Shown piece by piece: positions 46,801-55,544 of a DNA stretch of 64,000 nt. Every line of letters starts with the position of its first letter. Within the stretch, counting starts at the first letter, position 1. The translations under genes were made by a program, and so were the position numbers. The notes beneath the pieces are model-generated. The model saw nothing but the letters and a program-made list of their open reading frames with translations. It searched no databases and was not told the DNA's origin. This stretch comes from an uncultured Mycobacterium sp. (GTDB lineage: Bacteria; Actinomycetota; Actinomycetes; Mycobacteriales; Mycobacteriaceae). The DNA lies in contig CAZEMS010000006.1 of the NCBI GenBank assembly GCA_964513475.1, forward strand, positions 34,031-98,030, in the 5' to 3' direction.

Positions 46801-47807
46801 GGGCTTTCCTGGCCGACGACACCATGGTGGCCTCTTACGAACTCGGCGGCGGCTGGATTCATGCGGCTCGGGCGACCGTCGGCAAGCGGGCGTTCCTGGG
46901 CAACTCCGGCATCACCCAGCCCGGTCGCAGGGTTCCCGACGACGGGCTGGTGGCGGTCCTGTCCGCCGCTCCGCGCAAGGCGAAGGTCGGATCGTCCTGG
47001 CTGGGCAGCCCGCCGGTCCGGTTGCGGCGCAAGCCAACCGCGGCCGACGCACTGCGTACCTTCCACCCGACGGCCCGGCTGAAGACCATGCGCGGGGCTG
47101 TCGAGACCTGTCGGCTGGTACCGGTGATCCTGACATTCGGGATCGGCGTGGCGGTGCTGGCGGCCCTGCAGGCACTAATCGTCCACTCCGGCTATCTGTG
47201 GGCGGCGCTGGCCGGCGGGCTGGTGCTGCTCGGCGCCGGAGCGGTGGCCGGCGGGCTGGCGGTGATCGCGAAATGGGTTGTGGTCGGCCGGATCAAGGCC
47301 ATCGAACATCCGTTGTGGTCGTCGTTCGTCTGGCGCAACGAGGTGTCCGACACCTTCGTCGAGTCCGTTGCCGCGCCGTGGTTCGCCCGCGCCGCCAGCG
47401 GCACCCCGGTGATGAACCTGTGGCTACGCGCTCTGGGTGCGCGAATCGGGCGCGGCGTCTGGTGCGAAACCTACTGGCTACCCGAAGCGGACCTGGTCAC
47501 TCTGGAGCGCGGCAGCACAGTGAATCGGGGCTGTGTGGTTCAGACCCATCTGTTCCACGACCGCATCATGCGAATGGACACCGTGGTGCTCGAGGACGGG
47601 GCCACGCTGGGCCCGCACTGCGTCGCGCTGCCCGCCGCCCGCATCGGCGCCGGCGCCACGATCGGGCCGGCGTCGCTGGTGATGCGCGGCGACGAGGTGC
47701 CACCGTCGACCCGCTGGCAGGGCAATCCGATCGCGCCCTGGAACACGTTGCGGAAGAAGCGCGGTGGGCGCAAGGCCGGCAGAACGCCCAAGGGTTCGGC
47801 GGCGTGA
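43830..47807 (+). CDS. Pls/PosA-family membrane NRPS-like synthetase (A-T-TM with three hexapeptide-repeat domains)
   Basis: FTSGSTGTPKG, FDASCEEMW, NTYGPTE, YRTGD, SGKVDR; T domain FFALGGGSL; TM pairs; three repeats RALGNSIG/RLLGAKVG/RALGARIG; TAGGTT -10 seven nt before the GTG. Confidence 0.9.
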   Translation: MSAAYPGIPAQYALSSLAAEPRTLIDILNDTAARYPDAAAIDDGSVQLSYDELVSDIEESVQWLAARGIGRGDRVGIRMPSGSYALYVAILAVLAAGAAYVPVDADDPGERAELVFTEADVVAVITEAGLVRWPGSSRGWRAGAPLGRDDAWIIFTSGSTGTPKGVAVTHRSAAAFVDAEAQMFVQHSPLGPGDRVLAGLSVGFDASCEEMWLAWRHGACLVPAPRSLVRSGMDLGPWLVSREITVVSTVPALAALWPAEALESVRLLIFGGEACPPELARRLTAGPDSAGREVWNTYGPTEATVVACAARLDGAVEQQGDELGSDLSAVSIGLPLPGWDLAVVDGQGIPVGTGEVGELVIGGVGLARYLDPAKDAEKYAPMDTLGWARAYRTGDLVRLEAEGLYFCGRADDQVKVGGRRIELGEVDAALTQLPGVSAGATAVRHNSSGTPLLVGYIVAQTAGPEQEFDVSAARAMLADTLPAAMVPRLVLLDELPTRTSGKVDRDALPWPVDGADDAASGPSLGGTAGWLAELWRDVLAAPVDGPEADFFALGGGSLSAAQLVAALRPRYPQVTVADLYDHPRLGSLVAYLDELEPPPRVETREVTPTSWLTQAAQVALSVPLATLTGLQWVIWLAAVNNLAAAWNLVPWTRAVSWWWIVAGFVLFVAPVGRMGIAALGARMLLGGLQPGTYRRGGAVHLRVWLAERLAAASGAENLAGAPWLVYYARALGNSIGKGVDLHSAPPVTGMLTLGHRCSVEPEVDLSGYWIDGDLFHVGPITVGNDATIGARTTLLPGAVVGKNADVAPGSGVTGKVKNRQYWKGSPAVKSGKARHPWPDHRPPRAPQWVAAFGVTSLLLGALPLAALACGLAVIGWAVRDTESLSQAIGPAVLWTPVAALVALAVYAALTVIGVRALSVRLYEGYHPVRSRTGWQLWATERLMDAARNYLFPLYASLLTPWWLRLLGAKVGRGTEISTALLTPKFTVIEDGAFLADDTMVASYELGGGWIHAARATVGKRAFLGNSGITQPGRRVPDDGLVAVLSAAPRKAKVGSSWLGSPPVRLRRKPTAADALRTFHPTARLKTMRGAVETCRLVPVILTFGIGVAVLAALQALIVHSGYLWAALAGGLVLLGAGAVAGGLAVIAKWVVVGRIKAIEHPLWSSFVWRNEVSDTFVESVAAPWFARAASGTPVMNLWLRALGARIGRGVWCETYWLPEADLVTLERGSTVNRGCVVQTHLFHDRIMRMDTVVLEDGATLGPHCVALPAARIGAGATIGPASLVMRGDEVPPSTRWQGNPIAPWNTLRKKRGGRKAGRTPKGSAA

Positions 47808-49141
47808 CGCGGAAGAAATCTGGCAGCCCGGCACCGGTGATCGACCCGTACCTGCCGACGAACGGCAACTTCGGGTATCGGGTGTCCCGCTACGAACTGC
47901 AGCTGGAGTACAAGGTGGCGATCAACCGGCTCGCCGGCTCGGCATCGATCACCGCGGTGACACTGGCGGCATTGCGCACCTTCACGCTGGACCTTTCCGA
48001 CGCACTGACGGTAAGCAAGGTATCGGTGAACGGTCGGCGCCCCGCTCAGTACCGCTGTTCCGGAGGAAAGCTGCACATCGGGTTGGCCTCGGCACTGCCC
48101 GCCGGTGCGGCACTGTCGATCACGGTGCGCTACAGCGGATCTCCGCGCCCCATCTGCACACTGTGGGGCGAGGTGGGCTTCGAAGAGCTGTCCGACGGCG
48201 CGCTGGTCGCCGGCCAGCCCAACGGCGCGGCGTCCTGGTTTCCCTGTGATGACCACCCCAGATCCAAGGCGAGCTACCAGATCCAGATCAGCACCGAAAC
48301 CCCCTACCGCGCCATCGCCAACGGCGAACTGGTATCACGACGGGCCCGGGCGGGCATGACCACCTGGACCTACGAACAAGCCGAGCCGACATCGCCTTAC
48401 CTGGTGACGCTGCAGATCGGTAAGTACGACACGATGCGGTTGGCCAAGTCGCCGGTACCGATGTACGCCGCCCTGCCGCCGCGGCTAAGGCGCAACTTCG
48501 ACCACGACTTCGACCGCCAACCACAAATGATGAAACTGTTCATCAAGTTGTTCGGCCCCTACCCACTGGCCAACGGATACACGGTGGTGGTAACCGACGA
48601 CGACCTCGAGATACCTCTCGAGGCTCAAGGTGTCTCCGTCTTCGGCGCCAACCACTGCGACGGTCAGCGCCGATCAGAACGGCTGATCGCCCACGAACTC
48701 GCCCACCAGTGGTTCGGCAATTCGGTCACCGCACGCCGCTGGCGCGACATCTGGTTGCACGAAGGCTTCGCCTGTTATGCGGAGTGGCTGTGGTCCGAGC
48801 ACGTCGGTGAGGAGTCCGCCGACGAGTGGGCGCGCCATTACCACGTGCGCCTGCTGGACTCCCCGCAGGACCTGCTGTTGACCGACCCCAAGCCCCCAAA
48901 CATGTTCGACGACAGGGTGTACAAGCGCGGAGCGCTCACGTTGCACGCGTTGCGTCGTCGACTCGGCGACGACAATTTCTTCGCACTTCTCAACGACTGG
49001 ACCGCGCGCTACCGGCACGGCACGGCAGTGACCGACGACTTCACCGGCCTGGCGGCGAAGTACACCAGCGAGTCACTGCGTCCGCTGTGGAACGCGTGGC
49101 TCTACTCCACCGACACGCCTGCACTGGGTGCCGACTTGTGA
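47804..49141 (+). CDS. M1-family zinc aminopeptidase
   Basis: WFPCDDHPRSKA, HELAHQW...WLHEGFA (HExxH-18-E), YKRGA; GTGA overlap with the NRPS stop. Confidence 0.9.
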   Translation: MTRKKSGSPAPVIDPYLPTNGNFGYRVSRYELQLEYKVAINRLAGSASITAVTLAALRTFTLDLSDALTVSKVSVNGRRPAQYRCSGGKLHIGLASALPAGAALSITVRYSGSPRPICTLWGEVGFEELSDGALVAGQPNGAASWFPCDDHPRSKASYQIQISTETPYRAIANGELVSRRARAGMTTWTYEQAEPTSPYLVTLQIGKYDTMRLAKSPVPMYAALPPRLRRNFDHDFDRQPQMMKLFIKLFGPYPLANGYTVVVTDDDLEIPLEAQGVSVFGANHCDGQRRSERLIAHELAHQWFGNSVTARRWRDIWLHEGFACYAEWLWSEHVGEESADEWARHYHVRLLDSPQDLLLTDPKPPNMFDDRVYKRGALTLHALRRRLGDDNFFALLNDWTARYRHGTAVTDDFTGLAAKYTSESLRPLWNAWLYSTDTPALGADL

Positions 49142-50457
49142 CCGACGCCTCCACCGCGCCGATGGGCCCGCTGCGTGCCGGGGGAAACTCGGCGGGGCCG
49201 ATCGCGCGCGGCAGCGTCGCGCGGGTCGCGGTAGCAACCGTGCTGACCGCGCTGTGTGGCTACGTCGTCCTCTACCTCGCGGCACGTGACCTCGGCCCCG
49301 AGGGTTTCTCGGTCTTCGGCGTGTTCTGGGGCGCGTTCGGGTTGGCCAGTGGCGCTGCCTTCGGCCTGCTGCAGGAGACTACCCGTGAGGTTCGTTCCTT
49401 GCGCCACAACGCGATCCGCGCCGGACCCCGCACCCGACCGATGGCGGTCGCGGCCATGGTCGGGGTCGCCGCGGCGGCGTTGATCGTGGTCAGCGCACCG
49501 GCATGGTCATCACAGGTGTTCGTAGAGTCCAGCGCGCTCAGTGTCGCGCTACTCGCTGCTGGACTGGCCGGGTTCTGCCTGCATGCGACGCTGCTGGGGA
49601 TGCTGGCCGGTGAAAACCGCTGGACCGAGTACGGATCGCTGATGGTGACCGACGCCGGTATCCGAGTTGCGGTAGCGGTGGCGACCTTCATCCTCGGTTG
49701 GGGTCTGGTCGGATTCCTTTGGGCAACGGTGGCCGGTGCGGTGGCATGGTTGCTCATGCTGGCGGTGTCGCCGACGACGCGCACTACCGCCCACCTGCTC
49801 ACCCTTGGCGGCACAAGGACGTTTCTGCGCGGCGCGGCACACTCGATGGCGGCCGCCGGGGCCAGTGCCGTTCTAGTGATGGGATTCCCGGTGCTGTTGA
49901 AGGCTACATCGGGTGATCTGGGCGCCACCGGTGGCGTGGTGATCCTGGCCGTCACCCTGACCCGGGCGCCACTGTTGGTGCCGTTGACTGCCATGCAGGG
50001 AAATTTGATCGCCCACTTCGTCGACCAGCGGGCCAACCGGATGCGTGCACTGGCCGGCCCGGCCGCCGCGGTGACCGGCCTCGGCGCCGTCGGCGTTGCT
50101 GCGGCGGGACTGGCGGGACCGTGGCTCTTGCAGGTCGCGTTCGGCCCCCAGTATCAGGCCGGCGGGGCGTTGCTGGCATGGCTGACCGCAGCCGCGGTGG
50201 CAATCGCGCTGCTGACGCTGACCGGTGCCGCGGCGGTCGCGGCGGCACTTCACCGCGCCTACGCCGCGGGTTGGGTAGGTGCCACCGTCGCCGCGGTGCT
50301 GTTGCTGATGCTGCCGCTGAGCCTGGAGACCCGCACGGTGATCGCGCTGCTGTGCGGCCCACTGGCGGGCATCGCGGTGCACCTGGCCGCCCTGGTCCGG
50401 TCTGGGCCCCGGCCGCACTATCCTACGGAGGTTTACGACGACGGAGGAACCACATGA
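49138..50457 (+). CDS. Multi-pass membrane protein, flippase/MOP-like (Rv3630-like)
   Basis: About 12 hydrophobic segments; FGLLQETTREV and LTRAPLLVPL motifs; synteny. Confidence 0.75.
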   Translation: MTDASTAPMGPLRAGGNSAGPIARGSVARVAVATVLTALCGYVVLYLAARDLGPEGFSVFGVFWGAFGLASGAAFGLLQETTREVRSLRHNAIRAGPRTRPMAVAAMVGVAAAALIVVSAPAWSSQVFVESSALSVALLAAGLAGFCLHATLLGMLAGENRWTEYGSLMVTDAGIRVAVAVATFILGWGLVGFLWATVAGAVAWLLMLAVSPTTRTTAHLLTLGGTRTFLRGAAHSMAAAGASAVLVMGFPVLLKATSGDLGATGGVVILAVTLTRAPLLVPLTAMQGNLIAHFVDQRANRMRALAGPAAAVTGLGAVGVAAAGLAGPWLLQVAFGPQYQAGGALLAWLTAAAVAIALLTLTGAAAVAAALHRAYAAGWVGATVAAVLLLMLPLSLETRTVIALLCGPLAGIAVHLAALVRSGPRPHYPTEVYDDGGTT

Positions 50458-51431
50458 CCTGGTTGGTGACGGGCGGGGCCGGCTACATCGGCTCGCACGT
50501 GGTGCGCGCTCTGCTCGAGGCCGACATGCCGGTCGCTGTGATCGACGACCTGTCCACGGGTTTGGAGCAGTTCGTCCCGGCCGGCGTGCCGCTGGTGCGT
50601 GGCACCATACTCGACGCGGGGCTCGTCGAGCGCACCCTTCGGGAGCATGCCGTCACCGGCGTGATCCATGTGGCGGGTTTCAAGTTCGCCGGAGTCTCCG
50701 TCGAGCAGCCGTTGCACACCTATGAGCAGAACGTCTCGGCGATGGTCACCCTGCTCACGTCGATGGCCGCGGTCGGAACCGGGAAAGTGGTGTTCTCCTC
50801 CAGTGCAGCCACCTACGGCACTCCCGACACCGACTTCGTCACCGAGCAGACACCTACCAACCCCGAATCACCCTATGGGGTAAGCAAACTGATCGGAGAG
50901 TGGATTCTTCGCGACACCGGACGGGCAACCGGGCTGCGGCACACCAGCCTGCGTTACTTCAACGTGGTCGGCTCGGGTTCACCGGATCTCTTCGACACCA
51001 GCCCGCACAATCTGTTCCCGGTCGTATTCGACATGCTCTACCGCGGAGAGACACCGCGGATCAACGGTGCCGACTACCCCACCCCGGACGGCACCTGCGT
51101 TCGCGACTACATCCATGTCGCTGACCTCGCGCTGGCTCACGTCGCTGCCGCGCGCCGGCTGGATGCCGGCGATCCGGTGGAAGCCATCTACAACCTGGGC
51201 AGTGGCGGCGGTACCTCGGTTCGCGAGATCATGTCGGCGATCCGCACCGTGACCGGTGTCGACTTCGAACCGTCCATCAACGCGCGCCGTCCGGGTGACC
51301 CCGCACGCATCGTCGCATCCGGCGAACTGGCCGCACGCGATCTCGGCTGGCAGATGCGCCATTCGCTCGAGCAGATGGTGGAATCCGCCTGGGTCGCCAG
51401 ACAACGCGCCGGCGACACCTACCCACGGTAG
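50454..51431 (+). CDS. galE: UDP-glucose 4-epimerase
   Basis: WLVTGGAGYIGSH, FSSSAATYG, YGVSK, LRYFNV, DGTCVRDYIHV, RRPGDP. Confidence 0.9.
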   Translation: MTWLVTGGAGYIGSHVVRALLEADMPVAVIDDLSTGLEQFVPAGVPLVRGTILDAGLVERTLREHAVTGVIHVAGFKFAGVSVEQPLHTYEQNVSAMVTLLTSMAAVGTGKVVFSSSAATYGTPDTDFVTEQTPTNPESPYGVSKLIGEWILRDTGRATGLRHTSLRYFNVVGSGSPDLFDTSPHNLFPVVFDMLYRGETPRINGADYPTPDGTCVRDYIHVADLALAHVAAARRLDAGDPVEAIYNLGSGGGTSVREIMSAIRTVTGVDFEPSINARRPGDPARIVASGELAARDLGWQMRHSLEQMVESAWVARQRAGDTYPR

Positions 51432-51439
51432 ACGCCGTC

Positions 51440-53206
51440 GTGAACCGGGTCGCCCGCGCCGCCGCCGCGCTGATCGCGGTTCAGCTGGCCGTCCGGGCGG
51501 CGCTCGCCTTCGGCGGTTACTTCTATTGGGACGATCTGATTCTTGTGGGCCGAGCCGGAACTCAGGGACTGCTGTCCCCGGGGTATCTGTTCGACGACCA
51601 TGACGGCCACGTCATGCCGGCGGCCTTCCTGGTGGCGGGCGGCATCACCCGAGTGGCACCGCTGGACTGGATCGGACCGGCGATCAGCCTGGTGCTGCTA
51701 CAGCTACTTGCGTCGCTGGCGCTGCTACGAGCGCTGCACGTGATCCTGGGCTGGCGGCCGGTGTTGTTGGTGCCGTTGACTTTCGCGTTGTTCACGCCGT
51801 TGGCAGTGCCGGGCTTCGCGTGGTGGTCCGCGGCGCTGAACTCGCTGCCGATGCTGGCGGCGCTGTCGTGGGTTTGCGCCGACGTGATCCTGTTGGTCCG
51901 CACCGGAAACCGGCGCTACGCCGTCACCGCGGTGCTGGTGTACTTCGGTGGGCTGCTGTTCTTCGAGAAGGCCGCCGTCATCCCGTTTGTCGCCTTCGCT
52001 GTCGCCGCGCTACTCCTGCACGTCGGTGGCGATCACCGGGCGCTGAGGACGGTGTGGCGCCGTGCAATCCGGGTATGGTTTCCCGCCCTGGCGTTGACCG
52101 GGCTCTGGATCGGGGTGTACCTGTTCGTCGTCGACCAGCAGCGCTGGAGCTTCGACCTCGCGATGACGTGGGACCTATTGCGCCGCTCCGTCACCCATGG
52201 CATCGTGCCGGGGCTGGCCGGTGGCCCTTGGGACTGGCAGCGGTGGGCTCCCGCCTCACCGTGGGCGACGCCGCCGGTGGCGGTGATGGTGCTTGGCTGG
52301 CTGCTGCTGTCCGCCGCGGCGACGGTATCCCTGTTGCGCAAGAAACGGATCGGCGCGGTCTGGCTGGTCGCGGTGGGTTATGTCGTCGCATGCCAGGTCC
52401 CGATCTACTTGATGCGGTCGTCGCGATTCACCGCGCTGGAACTGGCCCAGACATTGCGCTACTTCCCTGACCTGGTAGTCGTGCTTGCACTGCTTGCCGC
52501 GGTTGCGTTGGCGGCCCCCAACCGGGAACGGTCCGGCCGCCTGGGACCATCACCGGTGCGCACGGTGACGGTGATAGTCATCGGAGCCGCATTCCTCGTG
52601 AGCAGCCTGTACTCGACGGCGACCTTCCTGAGATCCTGGCGCGACAGCCCGGTACGGCCGTATCTGCACAACGCTCAATCCTCTTTGGCGCACGCATACG
52701 CCACGTCGCCCGCGCCGGTTCTGGATCAGGAGGTGGACCCGCTGGTGCTGCAACGGGTGGCGTGGCCGGAGAACCTGGCCAGCCACATGTTCGCGCTGGT
52801 GCGTGAGAGGCCGGAGTTCGCCCATCACACCACTGAGCTCCGGATGTTCGACACCAGCGGACATCTCGTCGATGCCGAGGTCACCTGGGTGCGTGCCATC
52901 CTCGCGGGTCCGCAACCGCGCTGTGGGTACTTCGTCCGGCCCGACCACGAGGTGGAGATGCCGATGGACGGACCCCTGCTACCCGCGGACTGGGTCGCCG
53001 AAATCAACTATCTGGCCAATGTCGACGGCTCGCTGACCTTCTCCTTGCCCGAGGGCCGCGAAACCAGGGTGCCGGTGCGGCCCGGACTGAACCGGGTGTT
53101 CGTCCGCCTTCCCGGTGCCGGCGACGCTATCCGGGTGCAAGCCAACACCGCCGCACTCGCCGTGTGCATCTCGCCGGGCCCGGTCGGCTTTCTGGCGCCA
53201 CGCTGA
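51440..53206 (+). CDS. Conserved multi-pass membrane protein (Rv3635-like), possible GT-C glycosyltransferase
   Basis: YFYWDD after TM1, many TM helices, C-terminal extracytoplasmic domain; synteny. Confidence 0.7.
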   Translation: MNRVARAAAALIAVQLAVRAALAFGGYFYWDDLILVGRAGTQGLLSPGYLFDDHDGHVMPAAFLVAGGITRVAPLDWIGPAISLVLLQLLASLALLRALHVILGWRPVLLVPLTFALFTPLAVPGFAWWSAALNSLPMLAALSWVCADVILLVRTGNRRYAVTAVLVYFGGLLFFEKAAVIPFVAFAVAALLLHVGGDHRALRTVWRRAIRVWFPALALTGLWIGVYLFVVDQQRWSFDLAMTWDLLRRSVTHGIVPGLAGGPWDWQRWAPASPWATPPVAVMVLGWLLLSAAATVSLLRKKRIGAVWLVAVGYVVACQVPIYLMRSSRFTALELAQTLRYFPDLVVVLALLAAVALAAPNRERSGRLGPSPVRTVTVIVIGAAFLVSSLYSTATFLRSWRDSPVRPYLHNAQSSLAHAYATSPAPVLDQEVDPLVLQRVAWPENLASHMFALVRERPEFAHHTTELRMFDTSGHLVDAEVTWVRAILAGPQPRCGYFVRPDHEVEMPMDGPLLPADWVAEINYLANVDGSLTFSLPEGRETRVPVRPGLNRVFVRLPGAGDAIRVQANTAALAVCISPGPVGFLAPR

Positions 53207-53433
53207 ACCCCGGAGCTCGTCGAGCCTCGGCCGAGCGTGCGCTGGCTGCGAATACCCGGCCACGATTTCGCAGTGGTTGCACGCTCGGCGGTGGCCGGCC
53301 GCCACATCATCTCAACAGCGATGGGTCGCGGAATCGTCGTACGGCTACACCCGGCCAAAGTGGCCTCCGAAAGCTGCCGAGGCGGTTACCGTGATGTCTG
53401 CGAGGTCTATGTTTTTCGGCTAAGGGCGGGATC

Positions 53434-55341
53434 ATGGCGTTGCGGATCTCCGCGAAACAGCTGCTTGCGGTTTCTCTTGGTGTCATCGCGATGGTCTTCG
53501 CCGTCGCAGTGTCGGCTTCGCTCATCAGCCAGGCGTCGGTCGAGCGCATCGCCGCCGACTTCGAGAACCGTCTCCTTCCGTTCCAGGAGAAGAGCGCGGA
53601 GTTGGCCCGCGCATACCTCAATCAAGAGACCGGCCAACGCGGGTTTCTGCTGACCGACAATCCAGTAACCCTGGAGCCTTACAACTCAGCAACCGTTGAG
53701 GCCGAGCGCCTGATCCCCGAGCTTCGTGCCGAACTTGCCCGGGAACCAGACGGCGGCGAACTCCTCCAGCTGTTCGAAGAGGTCGTCACCGCGGCCACCG
53801 TCTGGCGCGAGCAGGCCGCCGAGCCGCAGATCGCCGCTCAGCGCGCTGAGTCGATTCCCAAGGAACAGCTCAGGCAGATGGTCCTCGACGCCAAAGAACT
53901 GTTCGACCGGCTACGCGAACGAGCGCGGGTGCTCAACGCGCGTCTAGACAGCTTGATCGCCGAAAGGCTTCAGCAGCTCCGTTCGGTACAGCGCACGGCC
54001 AGCATCGTTCAGTACAGCGCGGCAACCGCCCTGGTAGCCGTCATCGTTGGCGTGTTCCTCTTGACGACTCGCATGGTCAATCGGCCGGTTACCCGGCTCG
54101 TCGGCGACGTACGCGATGTGGCCGCCGGGGTGTACGACAAGCCCATCGGCACAACAGGTCCCAGCGAGATTCGAGAGATTTCTACTGCCGTGCGGGACAT
54201 GCGTGACACGTTGATCGAAGCGCGTCACGAACTCCAGACCGAGAAAGACCGGTTCGAGTCCGTAGTGGGCAAGACGCCATCGGCTATCTCGGTACGTGAT
54301 CCCCAACACCGCTACACCATGGTCAACGCAGCGTTCTGCCAGTTGTTCGGGTATCCGTCGGTCGAGGATGTGATCGGTCGAACCGAGGATGAGATCCTGC
54401 CGAGCGATGTCCTTGAACGCTCCCAGCGTGCCGCGCCTGAGCTCCTGGCCGGGGGCACTTCCTTCGATGAGGAGTCGATCCGGTGTGGTCCGGAAAACAT
54501 CTTGACCGTGACCCACCGATTTCCGTTGCTCAATGGCGCTGGCACAGTCACAGAGCTGGTGACGGTACGAACAGACATCACTCACCGCAAGCAAGTCGAG
54601 CTGGAGGCCGCCGAACGGGCCAAGTGGCAAGAACTGGTCGCCTCCGCCATCAGCACCGGCAGGCTCTTGGTCTACTCGCAGCCCATCGTCGACATCGCCA
54701 GCAGGCAAACGGTTGCCGAGGAGTTGCTGGTGCGGCTGCGCGCCCCCGAGACAGGGGAGGTTCTGCCTCCGGGCACGTTTCTGCCCCAGTGCGAGCAGCA
54801 CGGGCTGATGCCTTTGATCGACAAGTACATGGTCGGACGCGCGATCGAATTGGCGCGTGGTGGCCGGCAGGTTTCGGTGAACATCACCGGTCAAACGATC
54901 GCCGATGGCCCAACGATGGAGCAGATTCTGGAAGCCCTCTCCGACGCAGGGCCAGACGTAGCAGACAAGATCATCTTCGAGATCACCGAGACGACTGCCC
55001 TGGCTTCGCCTGCTATGGCCAAGAGATTTTCGGTGAGTATGCGAGATCGGGGCTGCCGAGTTGCCCTCGACGATTTCGGCACCGGCTACGGGACGTTCAC
55101 CGAACTGCGACATCTTGATCTCTACGCATTGAAAATCGACTTCAGCTTCGTCCGCAGCATGCTCGAGGATCGCGACGACGAACGCGCCGTGAGCACGATC
55201 GTCTTCGTGGCCAAGACTTACGGACTGACTGCGATCGCCGAAGGTGTTGAGTCGCAGGAGGTGCTGGAAAGGCTTGCCGAGCTAGGAGCGGATCGCGCGC
55301 AGGGATATCTCTTCGGCAGACCGGCGCCGATCGATGCGTAG
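53434..55341 (+). CDS. CHASE3-HAMP-PAS-EAL membrane sensor, probable c-di-GMP phosphodiesterase
   Basis: QETGQRGFLLT...EPY (CHASE3), TM2, HAMP, PAS/PAC (VNAAFCQLFGY...DITHRK), EAL residues ELLVR, SVNI, EITE, DDFGTGY, KID, EGVE, QGY. Confidence 0.88.
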   Translation: MALRISAKQLLAVSLGVIAMVFAVAVSASLISQASVERIAADFENRLLPFQEKSAELARAYLNQETGQRGFLLTDNPVTLEPYNSATVEAERLIPELRAELAREPDGGELLQLFEEVVTAATVWREQAAEPQIAAQRAESIPKEQLRQMVLDAKELFDRLRERARVLNARLDSLIAERLQQLRSVQRTASIVQYSAATALVAVIVGVFLLTTRMVNRPVTRLVGDVRDVAAGVYDKPIGTTGPSEIREISTAVRDMRDTLIEARHELQTEKDRFESVVGKTPSAISVRDPQHRYTMVNAAFCQLFGYPSVEDVIGRTEDEILPSDVLERSQRAAPELLAGGTSFDEESIRCGPENILTVTHRFPLLNGAGTVTELVTVRTDITHRKQVELEAAERAKWQELVASAISTGRLLVYSQPIVDIASRQTVAEELLVRLRAPETGEVLPPGTFLPQCEQHGLMPLIDKYMVGRAIELARGGRQVSVNITGQTIADGPTMEQILEALSDAGPDVADKIIFEITETTALASPAMAKRFSVSMRDRGCRVALDDFGTGYGTFTELRHLDLYALKIDFSFVRSMLEDRDDERAVSTIVFVAKTYGLTAIAEGVESQEVLERLAELGADRAQGYLFGRPAPIDA

Positions 55342-55405
55342 CCGAGCGGCGGGTCGGCGCGAGGACGACGCGGTCCCCGGCACCAGGCCCGCGCGCCGCG
55401 GAAGT

Positions 55406-55481
55406 TGGAGCCGCCTGGGGGAATCGAACCCCCGACCTATTCATTACGAGTGAATCGCTCTGCCGACTGAGCTAAGGCGGC
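55406..55481 (-). tRNA. tRNA-Thr(CGT)
   Basis: Reverse complement GCCGCCTTAGCTCAGTCGGCAGAGCGATTCACTCGTAATGAATAGGTCGGGGGTTCGATTCCCCCAGGCGGCTCCA; cloverleaf, CGT anticodon, encoded CCA. Confidence 0.97.
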
Positions 55482-55544
55482 CGGATCCGGCGCGATGAGT
55501 CTACGGCAGCTCTGCACCGGGCCGCCAAGTCGCTCTGCCAACGG

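Noticed and set aside
46337-47803. 934-aa ORF appearing to give the M1 peptidase a long N-terminal extension
   Set aside because: The extension is an alternative frame inside the Pls gene; peptidase-like sequence starts at the GTGA overlap (47804).
53419-53433. GCTAAGGGCGGGATC resembling the tRNA-Thr 5' end (possible att site)
   Set aside because: Short, imperfect, matches the 5' rather than the 3' end normally duplicated, and overlaps the RBS of the EAL gene.
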